Below the pieces are notes generated by a model, which worked only from the letters and a program-made list of their open reading frames with translations, did not search any database and was not told where the DNA came from. From assembly GCF_006345805.1 (NCBI RefSeq), contig NC_043000.1:125550001-125614000 (forward strand): a stretch of DNA of 64,000 bases, in the 5' to 3' direction. Shown piece by piece: positions 1 to 13,349 of this stretch. Both the position numbers and the translations under genes were made by a program. The first letter of the stretch is position 1. The number at the start of each line of letters is the position of its first letter. This stretch comes from Octopus sinensis (taxonomy: Eukaryota).

Positions 1-119
1 TGCACTCAATTCAAGCTGCCGTCCATTTATATTGAAATTTCCATTTTGTTATTTTTCCATCATATTTTCTCCTAACTGGTTGTTTTTCCTGATTCTAGGA
101 TTGAAGTCTCCAAGTAAAG

Positions 120-540
120 CAAGCTTATTTGTACCTTGGAGATGGTGGTGTTCAGTTGATGATAGAATTAGTTTAAAGGCTTCCACTGGCATCTAGGAAC
201 TGTCTCCATAGAATTGTCTACAGAGACATGAGCTTCTCATTGATAGCAATTAGCATGAAGTAATGATTCTTCATTAGTTTTGTTTTTGCAGCAAAACTAA
301 TCTTTGAATGCAGCATTCCTCAACCCACCAAAAGAATGGTTCTGTAACCTGAATTAGATTTTTCAATGATGCTTTCTCCTACAAGTCTTGGTTTCACATA
401 AAGCAGCAATATCTAAATACAACTTTGCTAGTTTGCGAGTCACAAGTGGTCTGTTGTTGTCCTTCATATCAAGCAGAGTTCTGACACTCTATGAAACAAT
501 AATCATTTTGGTACAGAACAAGTGAGAGACGTCTTGGTGT
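120..540 (-). pseudogene. Possible heavily decayed Penelope-like GIY-YIG endonuclease remnant
   Basis: Minus-strand reading with frameshifts gives LTCS..YCFIECQNSA*YEGQ.(T)RPLVTRK and, further downstream, QLNT. This resembles the PLE pattern TC..NVIYCI.C..C...YIGQT.R.L.TR..WI.QLNT. Confidence 0.25.
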
Positions 541-804
541 TTGTCTGCATAGAGAATGCTAATTATTAAAATATGACTATAGGAGTTTTTCTAGCAACTA
601 ATACCATTGTGTTTGCTCTGTGTTATTATCAATAGCATGAATAAAAGTCAACTTTCAAGTTTTTCTCTTATTCAGAAAGATCAGTGCAACAGATCTCATT
701 TCACTGGGTTTTTTGTTGTTTTTAATTTTGATATTTGTTATTTTTATTAATCTATACATCTTAGCACCTAGTCCTGGTAATTTATACACAAAACTCTGCT
801 ATAA

Positions 805-1016
805 ACCTTTACTATTTAGATTACTCTGTCAAATATAATGCTTATTTATTCATATTATTTTGAATTAATCTTGTATTATCATATAGTTTCAAAATTTTGA
901 TGTTGATTTTTACAATGACATTTATAGGGTAGGTGTGAGAGGCGAGGTCTGTCTGGTTTGAATTTAAAACTGGTAGAATATTTATTAAGAGCTGGCTAGT
1001 TTAAACATTAAAGGGG
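805..1016. mobile_element. piggyBac-type MITE family P1, decayed copy
   Basis: CCTTT...AAAGGG ends. Internal sequence is similar to the copies at 37522-37740 and 61117-61337. Confidence 0.6.
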
Positions 1017-1844
1017 TACATTGCAACACTATTGAGTTTATTGGATGAAGTTTTCATATCTCACTCCTTGGCCTTTTATTTTTGGTTGAAATAAAAAAGA
1101 AAATATTTACTCATTTCACTTAACACTGCATTATACCATCATGTGGTAGTTATAAATGTTTCAGATTAACAATATAAATGATATAAATAATGCATGCCAT
1201 CACTTAAAGATGAACTGGTCCTTGCTAAAGCTGTATTCAAATGCTCTTTCAGTAATGGTATTTTAAGACCTGATTGGCAGGTTTTAAATCTGGCATATAG
1301 ACACCATTTAGGTGCTAGAACATAAAAAATAATGCAAAGAAACAAATACAAGTTTTACACGAGACAATACTTCATACATTGGCAATGACACATGCGTGCA
1401 AATGTCCATGCACACTTACCTTTTGTTTTAACACTATACACAGACACATTTCCTTTTAGCACTGCTAAACTAAACTACCCCTAAGAACTTAAACCTTCTC
1501 TTTACACTCATCTTTCACTCATTTTTGAAATTTTTCCCTGATGCATTTCTCTGAAAATTCCCTCCCATTTGTTTCAAATCCAACCACTTTCTTGACTGAC
1601 TTGCGCATAAAGCTTACTAATCCCACTTAGTTATCCATATACTTTGGTCTAGGAACACTTTAAAAAAGATGCTATGGATATTGTCCATCTTTCAGAAAGC
1701 AGTGAAAATAATCCACACATTTTTAGATATGAATTTTAGATTTAGATGTTCTGTGTTAGTGGAAATTCCATTGCAGTTGGTGTTATCTGTTGTAACTGAA
1801 TTTATAGTTTTTTTTTGTTTCTTTGTTTTGTTATTTTTAAGCTA

Positions 1845-2045
1845 GTGAGAGAGCTTCTATGTATTGGCTCATCATGCTAGAAATAACAACCAACATATCC
1901 TATACATAACATCTCATTGCTAAAAAACAAAATGGAAATAATGCTTTAACCAAACAGTCCTAAAAACTGGCATGGTCACAAACGGAATGCCTTTAATTAC
2001 AGGTCTGCTTGATCAGGTTGATGTAGAATGATAAACATTTCATCA
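1845..2045 (+). mobile_element. SINE-like family D fragment
   Basis: GCTAGAAATAACAACC...GGAATGCCTTT...GGTCTGCTTGATCAGG matches the reverse complement of 54995-55200 and 53120-53210. Confidence 0.5.
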
Positions 2046-2233
2046 TTGTTATCCTTCTTTGTTTTGTTTCCATTGATATCAAATTTCAAATAAAGGTGAC
2101 ACGTAAGTATTTATGTCAACAATTACAACTCTTTCCTGGTTTTATTTTGCTGTATCTGAACTTCTCTAATTAGAAATATTTGGCTGATTATTTCAAGTTC
2201 ATAACTGGAAAACACATTTGACCTTTGTCTGCC

Positions 2234-2645
2234 ATCATCATCACCAACATCATCATCTTTGTAACATCCAGTTTTCCATGCTTGCATGTGTTGGATGAAT
2301 TTGCTGAGGCAGATTTTCTGTGACTAGATGCCCTTCGTGTTGCCAACCCTCACTTGTTTCCAAGTAAGGTAATATTTCCCCTTTGCCAGACATGTTTTCA
2401 TGACAGACTGGAGATGAATGATATTGCTCGAATGACAGTAACACTTGCTTACAGCCCTTGCATACTGTCAGGTTAAGGAGGGGACACATGATGAGCTTCT
2501 TTTAGGTTTCATTTACCAAATCCCCCCTCTGGCGTTGGTTGGGTCAGGCCTCTATTTCAAGACATTTGTCTAAGGTGCTGTGCTGTGAAACTGAACCTTG
2601 TGGTTGGGAAGTTAACTACTTAACCACTCAGCCACACCTACATCT
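2234..2645 (-). mobile_element. Composite retroposon: family C tail (GAT repeat end) joined to family A tRNA-like head
   Basis: (CAT)n followed by GATGCCCTTC...GCCAACCCTCAC, then a decayed family A head segment (AAGGTGCTG...ACTGAACC...CCACTCAGCCAC). Confidence 0.6.
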
Positions 2646-3669
2646 ATATGTTTATATATATTGCATGTTGTTGCATGTAGTTTGCAATCTCACTTATATA
2701 TTGTAGCTTTAAAAAAAAATATGTGAATGATGGTTGGTTTTACCATGTTATATATGTACTCCTATTACTGTATATCATAGTATGTTGATGACTAATTGAT
2801 ACAATTTGTATATAGGGTTCATTGTGTTTCCCAAGTCCTTGTGATTTTATTCAGATCTATTGTAGTTCACTGAATAATCATATACTGATAGAAGCAGCCA
2901 AATTAATGGCTGTGGTTGATGACTTGATGATTAATGAGTATTAATTATAACCAGTTGTCTTTTGTAATTCTTGCATTGGAGTGACATTCTATATCGTTTC
3001 ACTAATCTTACAACTAAATTATCTGGAATGATGATGCAGTTGTAAAAGTTAATAATATGTAAATGATTAGTATTAAAATAAACAATTTCTTTGTCTCAAC
3101 TAAATTGCATTTTTTCATTCTTTGTCCTCATTACAAAGCGGCAGTGAATACCCACTGTAAAGTTATTTCACTAAATATGCTGTTATACTATTTATACCCT
3201 TAATATAATCAGACTTTATTAGATCTTTAAAAGCTTATCGATATATTGTTTCATAAATGCATTTATTTTTAAGATATTTATTCTGCAGCTGCATTAGCAA
3301 GCAGGAAGATAACTTTTGTTCTTTTGGAAACTATTGCTTTTAAGAAGTTAAATTTTATTATCGATTTATGGAAGCAAATCACCAATTCATTATGCGGCCT
3401 TCTCTCCTTTTATCTGCAGCAGCTGCTGTGTAATATAAAATAGCCAAATATTATGGTATTTATTTGGTTAAAATTATTATTCAGTCCTGTTTATTGAAGT
3501 GGTCTTTGCTTTTGCTCATGTTTGTAGCTTATTAATATGTTCATTGTGTGTTACAAGGTAGATTATTTCTTCGATCAATTATTAGAATCTATCATTTATT
3601 AGCAGACATTATGATTAAGACAGAAAATATCCTTTGATAAATGTTATTTTCTCTCAGTACTTGTAAAGA

Positions 3670-3759
3670 ATATATATATATATATATATATAATATATAT
3701 ATATATATATTATATATATATATGTATATATATATATCAAATACTATATATATAGATAG

Positions 3760-3790
<31 letters not shown>

Positions 3791-3800
3791 GTGTGTGTGT
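3670..3800. repeat. (TA)n/(TG)n microsatellite
   Basis: Directly visible. Confidence 0.95.
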
Positions 3801-5086
3801 GCATACACTTATAACATGGAAAGAATCATATAGTTCTTTGATGTAGCCTTTAATGATGCAAAACGCTCTGATATTATTTATTAGATCTCCTTAATTTTAT
3901 TCTAAGAAACTACCTGACAAATAGAAGCATATAAAAAATAGAATTCTGCAGAAAGAGTTTTCAGAGTTAAAGAATCTGTTACAGTCTGGTCACAATATGG
4001 TGAATATATAATTGCTCTAACCTTTATAATATTTATTATTAAAGGTAAAATGTAGTTATTCAATTGTTTTATTGGGTTTCTGTTTTTTACTGTCTGTAGA
4101 AGTGGAGTTATTTAAAGAAAATTGATTTTCTTTAAATCTTTAAGCTAGATGTTAAAACATTTTCTTTCAAACCTACTTTCCATAATGACATTTTTTTGAT
4201 AAAAGTTATTGAATATATTTATGAAAGTAAAAATTGCAAAAATAAGCAATCGTTTTATTGTAAGACATAATTTGCATATTTTGGATTGCTATGACTGAAA
4301 TTAGAAAAACTTGCAGCAAAACTTATTAAAGAACTGGTTTGTATTCTCAATTTTAACCATTTTGCTTATTGTTTCTAACACCTTTAAGAAAATCATGACC
4401 AATACATAATATCTTCGTTTAGCTGTGTTGCTGGTCTAGAAATCTCTGACGACAACAAACCACTTTCTCAATTCACTTGTTCTACTCATTCTTTCCTCCT
4501 GAATTAATATTCCAGACACATTTTATGTCTCTAGACACTGCAGGTATTTTGTTTTCATCACCTGCAATTAGACTGACATTGAAATAAGTGGTTTTACATT
4601 ATAATAAAAGGTGTTAGCCAAATAATCTTCTTCTAAAATATTTACTGAGAATTAAATGGTACAATTATTGATGCATTTGTCTGTGTACATTTTCATGGCT
4701 AGACTTTATATTCAGTAACAAAATAGTGAAAATGAATGCGAATTTCTTATATAATCATTCAGTTGTTAAGCTTTTTTTTTTATTTATCAAAAAAGCTTGT
4801 ATGCAATAGATATTATTAAATCGAAATTAAATTTTTCGAAATTCTTACTGTGGAGTTTATTTTATGAAATTGCCAATCTCTTGGTCTTGTATCTTTTGTG
4901 TACATTTCTATACCTATGAGCTATTTTGCACATGTGCTTTGTTATAAAAGTCCAGTAAGTAGACACTTATGCACATGGATCTTTTTATTTCTGTATTGGC
5001 ATATGTTGTAGTCTTCCTAGTTATTGATCTTTCCATATATTCAGTTTAACCCTATAGGACTTTGGGGTATTGATCAGTTCAAATAA

Positions 5087-5124
<38 letters not shown>

Positions 5125-5819
5125 AAAATCATGTAACATGCTATGCAGCAGCTATATATTAATACACTTAAGCCAAACATGTGACAATGTCACATTGTTA
5201 GTTGAAGGGAAAAGCAAAGAAGGAGAAAGAAGAGTGTTAGTGGTGAGAGCTAGGAGAAAGGGATTATGTGATTAAATAGTTGGTTGAAAGATGTTCTACA
5301 GAAAGAGAAAGAAATAGAACATTTAGCACAGGGTATGTGGTATTGTTGAAAGGAAAGAGAGTGAGTGTGAGTGTATGTTTACTGAAGGGAACGTAGGAGT
5401 AGAAAATGCTATAACACTTGAGATTACACCTTCAATATTACACATGTTGACTTTTACACCATCTCGTGAATCAAGTGCTTCAGAAAAAATATACAGTTCC
5501 ATCTTACAATTTTCAAAACAACTGCGGAATTTTCATGAGTATTGTTAGCATTAATAATTATCAAATAATGCTATATAAGGAGATATTTCTAAGTTATAGT
5601 TCTGAGGATTATGCTAAAATAGTTTTGCCACTGTAAATCTAAGGGAACCCTTTATGGGGTTATGATCCCCAAATTATTTTACAGCTGTTAAATATTTGAT
5701 TCACACTGAAGTGATGAAAGACACTGTACCATTTAGCACTATTTTTGCTGTAAACATCAAGCAGCAAGACATTTACTAGTTGGAGCATTTTCTATACAAG
5801 GTCTCACTTCTAAAATATT

Positions 5820-6169
5820 TTTTCTACTCTGGGCACAAGGCCCAAAATTTTGGGAGAGGGGGCCAGTCAGTTAGAACAACCCCAGAACGCAACTGGTATT
5901 TAATTTATCAACCTTGAAAGGATGAAAGGCAAAGTTGACCTTGGCATAATATTCATTACTACTCTAGGCACAAGGCCCGAAATTTTGGGAGAGGGGGACC
6001 AGTCGATTAGATTGACCCCAGTATGCAACTGGTACTTAATTTATCGACCCCCGAAAGGATGAAAGGCAAAGTTGACCTTGGCAGAATCTGAACTCAGAAC
6101 ATAAAGATAGATGAAATAGCGCCAAGCATTTCAGCCGATGTGCTAACGTTTCTGCCAGCTCCCTGCCTT
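5820..6169 (-). mobile_element. tRNA-derived SINE family B (Nin/Deu-like central domain) with duplicated 3' half
   Basis: Minus-strand head GGCAGGGAGCTGGCAGAA with B box GAGTTCAGATTC. Central GCCTTTCATCCTTTCGGGGGTCGATAAATTAAGTACCAG. 16-bp TSD TCACTTCTAAAATATT at 5804-5819 and 6170-6185. Confidence 0.85.
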
Positions 6170-7202
6170 TCACTTCTAAAATATTGAATTATTGTGAGTA
6201 CTGCTACCAACACTGACTCTTACCGCATACATAACCAATATCCCTGATGGCAATCAATTTTTTAATTCACTTAGTCTTTGTTTTGTTTTTTTTTCCTCCA
6301 GTTACTGAAATTATTTTTATTGCCCTTGCCTTTGCATCACTGTTATCTGTGCATGCATTTTTGAAACTCTTTAAAAATGCAAAATTTTTAAGTTTCACTA
6401 AAAACTAGCTCTTTGGAATATAAAAGTTTACAGGAATAACTAGTTTTTCTACAAGCTTGTTATCAGTTCAAATGTGTCTGAGGTATATTTAAACTGGTAA
6501 CAAGTTTGTATTTATAAACATCACTGTTTAGTGCTGTCACTCTGTACTTTATTTATGGCAAGTTGCTGAATAGCACAACCGCTCATTTTAATAGTTTTGA
6601 TCTTTTGAGTAGTTAATGTAAGAATTCTAATAACAAGAAACAGTCTGAGAGTGAAAGAGAGAGAGTGTGTGTGTATGTGTGTGTATGACATAGGGTGACT
6701 TTTTAATGCCTTCTTCAGGTTGACAAATGCATAATGAATTTGATGTTTTCTCACAGTTGTTGCACTATGGATATAATATAACAACTTGATTTGTCTGTAA
6801 TCAGCCATCTCTTGTGTTTCCTTCACATTTACAGTGGTGGATGATGGTGCATTTAGACTAATCATTGGGGTGAAACTCCACAACACACACCAGACTCTGT
6901 AATGGAATACAGATGCAATACAAGTTTTTTAAAATGTATGGAAGTATTTCTATACATTTTCTAGTTTTTTTCAGTCACTGGCTGCAAGCACATCCTTGGC
7001 ACACTTGGCAGTTAGCTTCCCAGACTCTAGATTCAGGGGTTGGGCCCCATTGGTGTTTTCTGTGCAACCTCAAATCTTTTCTGAAGCATTTTCAATTTTA
7101 ATGTATTTGTGGGCCATCAAGCAATTGATAACTTGTAGATAGTCTTCGCTGTCATGATTTGCTACATTTTTTTGCATTACCAGTGTTCAATGTCCTACCA
7201 CA

Positions 7203-7340
7203 AGATCCAGTCCTTGTTATGGTGTGATAGATTGTGTGTTTTGATGACCCTGGGAGCTTTGCCAGCAGAGTACAAGTTCCTGGTAGGGCCTCTCATACTA
7301 AACAGGTGAAAGGATAGAGACCGGAGTAATATGGACCAAC
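7203..7340 (+). mobile_element. Probable RTE-clade LINE 5' UTR remnant
   Basis: CCTTGTTATGG...TGATGACCCTGGGAGCTTTGCC...CCTGGTAGGGCCTCTCATA...AAACAGGT resembles BovB/Expander 5' ends as recalled from memory. Hairpin TGCCAG/CTGGTA at 7260-7285. Confidence 0.4.
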
Positions 7341-9389
7341 TCTTTCCTGTAGTAAAAATGGGTTTACTTAGGGCCAACGCCCCTACCAAGAAAAAAAAAA
7401 GTTATAGAAGCATCTGTTGCAATTCAAATCCAGGACCTGGGAGAAGAAAAGACAGCCCAGGGTCAAGAACAGTTGGGAAAAGTTGTTGAAAGCTTATGCA
7501 ACATAGGGAGTGAGAGGTTTATATATATGGGAGGGATACACAGGGATATTCTTATAATACGATATATTCATGTGGGCCATGGGAAAATGTTAAACAAAAT
7601 CAGAAGTGGACCACTTCAAAGAGGAATTGTTGATCTCTGCTGTAGATACATTCCTCTTCTACTCACTTTCCCTTCTTGACTTTCTAGCTCTTACTTTATC
7701 TCTTATAACTTTGTCTATGACCTTGTTTGACTTCTTGACTTAGCAATGTTGCATCAGGTAGGTAGTCTCTGAAGAACACCAAGCTCTTATTGCTTAGTTT
7801 GACTATTACTTTTCCATCTGGGTAGTGAAATAGATACAGGAAAAAATACCGAAAATATCAATGGTTAATTAACATGTTAAATATTTGAAATGAAAGCCTT
7901 TATTACAATTTGAAATTGCTAATTGGAAGAAAGATCTACATCTTTTCAAATAAGTGACAAAAATCAAGCTCCAAAGATCTTTTTTTTTCTTCTATTGCAT
8001 TCCGTTTTATTTATCTCTTGTTTATTATGTTGTTGTGAATTAAGTTATTCTTATTTAACGAGCTAGTTTTATTCTGGGAATGCCATTAAGTATTCTTAGT
8101 CTTTTAGCTTTCTTTACAACAGGTTTGAAACTCAAAAGTGATAGCTCGTTTCTTTTCTTTTTTTTTTTTTTTCCTTGATGAGTTATAAACTACTAGTTAT
8201 TTGTTGTCAACAAGCTTTCATTTTATTTGTTTTATTTACTTGTTACTAACCAAAGAAAAAACAACAGTGAGATAAAAGGAACCAAACTAAGGTGAGGTAA
8301 GGTGGGGGGTAGAAATAAAATAACATCAATGACTTAATGTAATGCCAAATTCTTTGCAAATAAAAGTCTATTTATTCAATTATTGATTGCTTAAATTATA
8401 ATTTTTTTTTCTTCTCGGAACTAGATAAACCAATTGGATTACAAAAGTTCCAGTTGAGCAGTGCAAAAATCTTATTCCTTAAAATTCGATACATTCAAAT
8501 AAATCTAGTTTGCATTTAAATTCCTAATCAATATGCATTGCTTTAATTTCCGGCAACTGCAAGTGTTTCCATTGGGAACCCTACTATTCCATTTCCTCTG
8601 TTGACTTTTTTTTCTTTTCTTTTCTTCATTAAGAAATGAAATTCCATATTAGGACTGTTGCAGAAGAGATTGTAATAAAAAGTCAAAAATAATGTAATCA
8701 AAAGGAGAGATACAAATCAACAGGAACAAAAAAATAAATAAATAAATAATTCCCTCATCCCAACCCCCTTAACGTGCAGTTGCTCCATTCCTCTTCTTAA
8801 TTTGTTTACATTTTTTTGTAAGTAATGTTGTCATGTAATAATATGATCAACAATGCACACCTACTGTGTGAAATTTGTGATATTTTGGTTTTCAGATTAG
8901 TGATCATTAATGTAATTTTGATTTCAATTTACATTATTGAGGCAATCGTCTTTTTTTCTAACATGCACACACGAACACTGATGATGATGATGATTGACTC
9001 ATCTTGTCAGATGATAGCTGTCTCACATTCAACCTGATAGTTCTGATTTACTTTCATCCCTGTCTGTGTGCAGATGTGACTTTTAACACAGTGCATCCAT
9101 TGTCATAGGACTTTATAAGATACAAAATGGAGCAAGAAACAAAATGATAGTGGAACATATGTACATCGGTGGATTTAAATAACAAAACCTTTTGCCTCAC
9201 TCAGTGGTCGTAGTAGGTTCCAGTGACAAGCATTGCAAGACGACTGGTACTAATTTGACTGCAAGTTTTATATCAGAGTATTTTTCTCCTAAAAATACTT
9301 TGATACACTCAGAGTATTTTTCTCCTAAAAGAGCTGCCTCCTCAATGGCTTTGTCCAAAATAACATGACCCTCTTCTACTTCTGAGGAA

Positions 9390-9545
9390 TCTGTTTAATC
9401 CATAGATGGGGCTCTGGTATGTATTACCATTCCAGATCAGAATGGATCTGGGAGTAATGGTAATTAAGAGGTGATGTCAGGCTCCCCCACAACTTTTTAA
9501 CTGGAGCCTCACCACTGGATGCAGTTTAATGTCATATCGAGGCCG
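9390..9545. mobile_element. Unclassified interspersed-repeat fragment
   Basis: GC-richer block TCAGAATGGATCTGGGAGTAATGG...CTGGAGCCTCACCACTGGATGCAGTTTAATGTCATA ending at a (CA)n tract. Single copy in the window. Confidence 0.3.
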
Positions 9546-9573
9546 TGTGTGTATATATGTGTGCACACGCATG

Positions 9574-9607
<34 letters not shown>

Positions 9608-9659
9608 AATCAAACTGGAGAAGATTATACACAAATACCAAAGGTAGTGTAAAATAATA

Positions 9660-9960
9660 TTTTATTGATGCTGAAAAGACTTCACAAACTGTTACACAGT
9701 TTCCTGTAACCAGGCAGTCATGAGTATTTAGAGCAATGCAATAATTCATAAATGTTTATGAACATTTATGATTACTAACTCATCAAATAAACGTTTAAAT
9801 AATTGTCCAATCAGCTTTAAGTGTTTATTTGATGAGTTGGTAATTATGAATGCTAATAAATACTTATAAGCTATTTCAGTGTTCTAAAATACTCACAACT
9901 AACGATTGATTATGTGAAACTCTGAGTACTTGTTGTGAAGCTTTTTCGGCTTCAATAAAT
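9660..9960. repeat. ~300-bp imperfect palindrome (fold-back element)
   Basis: Left arm TTTATTGATGCTGAAAAGACTTCACAA...AACTCATCAAATAAAC aligns colinearly with the reverse complement of right arm GTTTATTTGATGAGTT...TTGTGAAGCTTTTTCGGCTTCAATAAA. Confidence 0.85.
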
Positions 9961-10154
9961 CATAACATGTATATACGAACAAAACACCCCCTCCCCCGTC
10001 CAATAGACAGTGTTGAGTTGTAAAACATTTAAACCAAATTTTCTCAAAACAACTTGTCTGACCATCCCATAGGCCTCCCCTTTGAGAAACACTGATTTAA
10101 CCTAAATTTGAGACACTGTGCATTTTTCTCGCATACATATAGTATTGATCACAA

Positions 10155-10366
10155 CAACTGATGTACTTGTGCATACAAATACACGTTCCCACGGCTTTAT
10201 CGATCACATTCTCACCTGGAATCGATTTTTGTAATTTTTTCAAGACTTATACATGCCCTGATACCACCGGTATCTACATATCAAATTTGAGTGCAATTGG
10301 ATCGAAGATGCCCGAGATCCTAGAAAACACACACATGGACAGGCAGAACGGATTTTATATAATAGA
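10155..10366 (-). mobile_element. Non-autonomous Helitron-like fragment
   Basis: Minus strand begins A|TCTATTATATAAAA, then a short CTGT/TG microsatellite and CCAATTGCACTCAAATTTG, as in Lep1-type Helitrons. The 3' CTRR end is not clear. Confidence 0.45.
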
Positions 10367-11286
10367 TGTATATACATATGTGAATTAAAAGTTGTAGTTG
10401 TGGCATCCTGGTTAATATTATGAAGTACTTAGAATTAGGCACTTAAATTTAACAGGAAAAAAATGCTGTCACTGATTAGGAATAGCTACCTATATGTCAC
10501 TCTCTACTTACACCACATCACCAGTATTATAAATAAGGTATACCATGTACCATAGGCTGTGTATAACAAAGACTAATCTTTCTGTAATTGAATAAAATCA
10601 TTTGTAATTTCGATATGAAGATATTTTTTGTTCTTTTAGATTAGGGGCTGGGTTTTTGAAGTATCTTTGCATTTCTGAACGTTTAGTTGGTTTTACAAAG
10701 GGAATGTAGGTTTGGAAATAGGTAAAAGTGCTTTGAACCCTTTTAAAAAATCTTTTTGCGTAAAGAGATGCTTAAACTAGTTTATATAGTGAAAAATGTA
10801 GTTGCTTGATCGACATTAAAGTGTGTCTAGTTGAGAAATTTGTTTATATCTCAGAGATTTTATTAAAAATGGTTTTCAATGTAGGGAAGAGAAAAAAAAG
10901 ATACAGGTTCTTACGCATGAGCAGTTTTATGGAAGTAATTGACAACCTTTTACAATTCTTTTAGTTTAGAATTCTGCTATAACACCTTTGCATTTCTAAA
11001 AAGCCTCTCTTGTTCAGTTACTACTTTGTATTGTTGAAATATGCTCTGTAAGTGAAAGGATATTGTCAGATATACATTGTAATCAACAAATAAAAGATTC
11101 CATAGACTCAATACTTAATACTCATGCACAAAACTTTTACTGCTGAATAGTCTTTGTATAAAACTAATGTTTTATTTTTTTATTCTTTTAGTTTATTCTG
11201 TTGTTTCATTACATTGAATTTTGAAATTTACTGCATTGCAATATATGATCATGAATCAAAACGGAACATTTCAAAAATAAGTTTAG

Positions 11287-11333
<47 letters not shown>

Positions 11334-12559
11334 CAAATGAAATTAATATGATTTATAAATGGAACTAAATGTACAAGTTTTACCTGAATCTTGTTTTGTT
11401 TTTATTTTTTGCTATGTTTTTTTTTTGTTTTTTGTTTTTTTAATTCCAATTTTACAATGTTATCTACAGAGTTTTTTAATCTCATAAATACACTTTTTAC
11501 GTATTTCGAAACATCAAAAATGTTTTTAATATTAGAAAAACACAAATTTGAGTCCATCTGTAGCATGATTGCCTAGCTTTAGCTGAATGACATATTTGGT
11601 TTTCATTTCGGATATATTGCTGAATGAGTTTTTGTATATTTTAAAATTTGCAAGGGGAGGAAAAAAAAACAAAAACAACAACACAAATATTCCTCACAAT
11701 TTCGTTTTGAAAAGCAATGATGCACATCAAATCTGATTGTAATCACAATCACCATGCACATTTTAATGTTAACATATTCATGTTGGCAGGAATTGGATTT
11801 TTTGTTCTCTTATCTATTTTTATGGATGTTATATTTGGAGATAAGATATTTGATTGAAAAATAATTTAAGAATTGCATTGATTCAAGAATTAAGCTGAGG
11901 TTCAATATTTTGAATGAGTTTCATGGTAATAAAGCTACCACTGAATTGAAAGAATCAATAAACTTAATTTTATTTCTGCTACAGCACAATAGCAACAGGC
12001 ATTGACCTTGTAACCTTTCAATGCACCATCTATACCGAAGCTTTCCAAAGTTTTTGAACTCACAAAATGCAAATGCAATAATGTTAAAATTACGACACAC
12101 TTGTCTGACTAAATACATTAATCTTTAGATCTACTAGATAAAGGAAAAATGATTAACACTTTTAAATATTTAGTTAAAGGGAACTATTATGGTTTTAACT
12201 GGTCTTTTCTAATGAAGCTACTTTCATGTGATACAGGGATATTTCCAAGATACTCGGATATATCGGAGACTCTCTCTTTGTCTCTACAATATAGAAGAAA
12301 AGTCTTTCTTTGTTTTCTGTATTTCAAGTTCATAAATATTGAAATATCTCAGCTAGAAGTAAAACTTAAAGCAAAATTACTAATAACAGAAAATACATCT
12401 TAATAGAAACTCAGACTTTGTTGGGAGACTTCAGTAAATTTCAGTTTTAGACAGAGGTTGCTGGAATTAGTTCTCTGTTCTTCAGTTACAGCAAAATTCA
12501 AGTCAGATGGTAGAGAAATATGAATAGGTTTCTCATCATCCTTATCATCATCATCATGA

Positions 12560-13110
12560 ATGCATGAACACACACACACATTCAATCATTCACCCATTTT
12601 TCCAATTTTCCATGTCTTCTTCAAGATGATATCCTAATCCTATTATTTGTTGCAGTTCTCCCTCTTCTCACTTCATGAGAATCAGCATTTTGATATCAGC
12701 CTTCACCACTTTTTTTTTCAATGGCTTTTTCTGCAAATTTCTTCAACTTGGATCACATGACACCAATTTACTCGATTGTCATCCTTCACAAACATCATAT
12801 ATCCTTGCCAGCACTGCTGCCTATTACACCCATTTATTATATCAGCTCATTTGTGCTGTATCAGTTATGCACATATTATACTAGCATTATCCACCAGGGC
12901 ATGTTTGGCTCCTTTCTTTCCATTTTTCATATACATCCTCCACATTCCAAGTATGTTTCACTACCATGCAACATCTCACTTCATACACAACCATCATATG
13001 ATCTACCCTTCATTCAGACAGAGATTTCCTTTGTTGCCAACAGAGGTAATAAATCTCTGAACTTTTCAACCCCATTCTTACTCTGGTTACTATTCTGTTA
13101 AAACACCCAC
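12560..13110 (-). pseudogene. Decayed RTE LINE C-terminal fragment
   Basis: Minus-strand translation with frameshifts RVRMG..KFRDLLPLLATKEISV*MKGRSYDGCV*SEMLHGSET matches the RTE post-RT motif (KFRELLPLL..KGRLY..CVRS.MLHGSETW). (GAT)n tail near 12535. Confidence 0.75.
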
Positions 13111-13126
13111 ATCCACTGCTGGTTAA

Positions 13127-13314
13127 CATTTTAGCATTTAAACCAGTTATATCCAGCTGAAAATATCCTACCTGTGTTATGTTCAAACCAGTTAGAAATA
13201 GCCCCTTGCACCTGCCCTACAATATCACTCAAAGATTAAGCCATCATATAATTGAAATCTTAAAGCTATGAGATAATACATGATGAATTCAAAACAATGT
13301 GAATAAATAAAGGG
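13127..13314. mobile_element. piggyBac-type MITE P1, internally deleted
   Basis: TTAA at 13123-13126 and 13315-13318. AAAGGG right end. Body matches 37522-37740. Confidence 0.7.
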
Positions 13315-13349
13315 TTAAATCCCTTAGTTGTTAACTACATCTAAGAAGA

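Noticed and set aside
8981-9046. Box C/D snoRNA (ATGATGA...CTGA)
   Set aside because: The C box is part of a (GAT)n run. There is no terminal stem or recognisable guide.
9272-9330. 22-bp direct repeat TCAGAGTATTTTTCTCCTAAAA
   Set aside because: Small local slippage duplication with a 15-bp spacer and no element between the copies.
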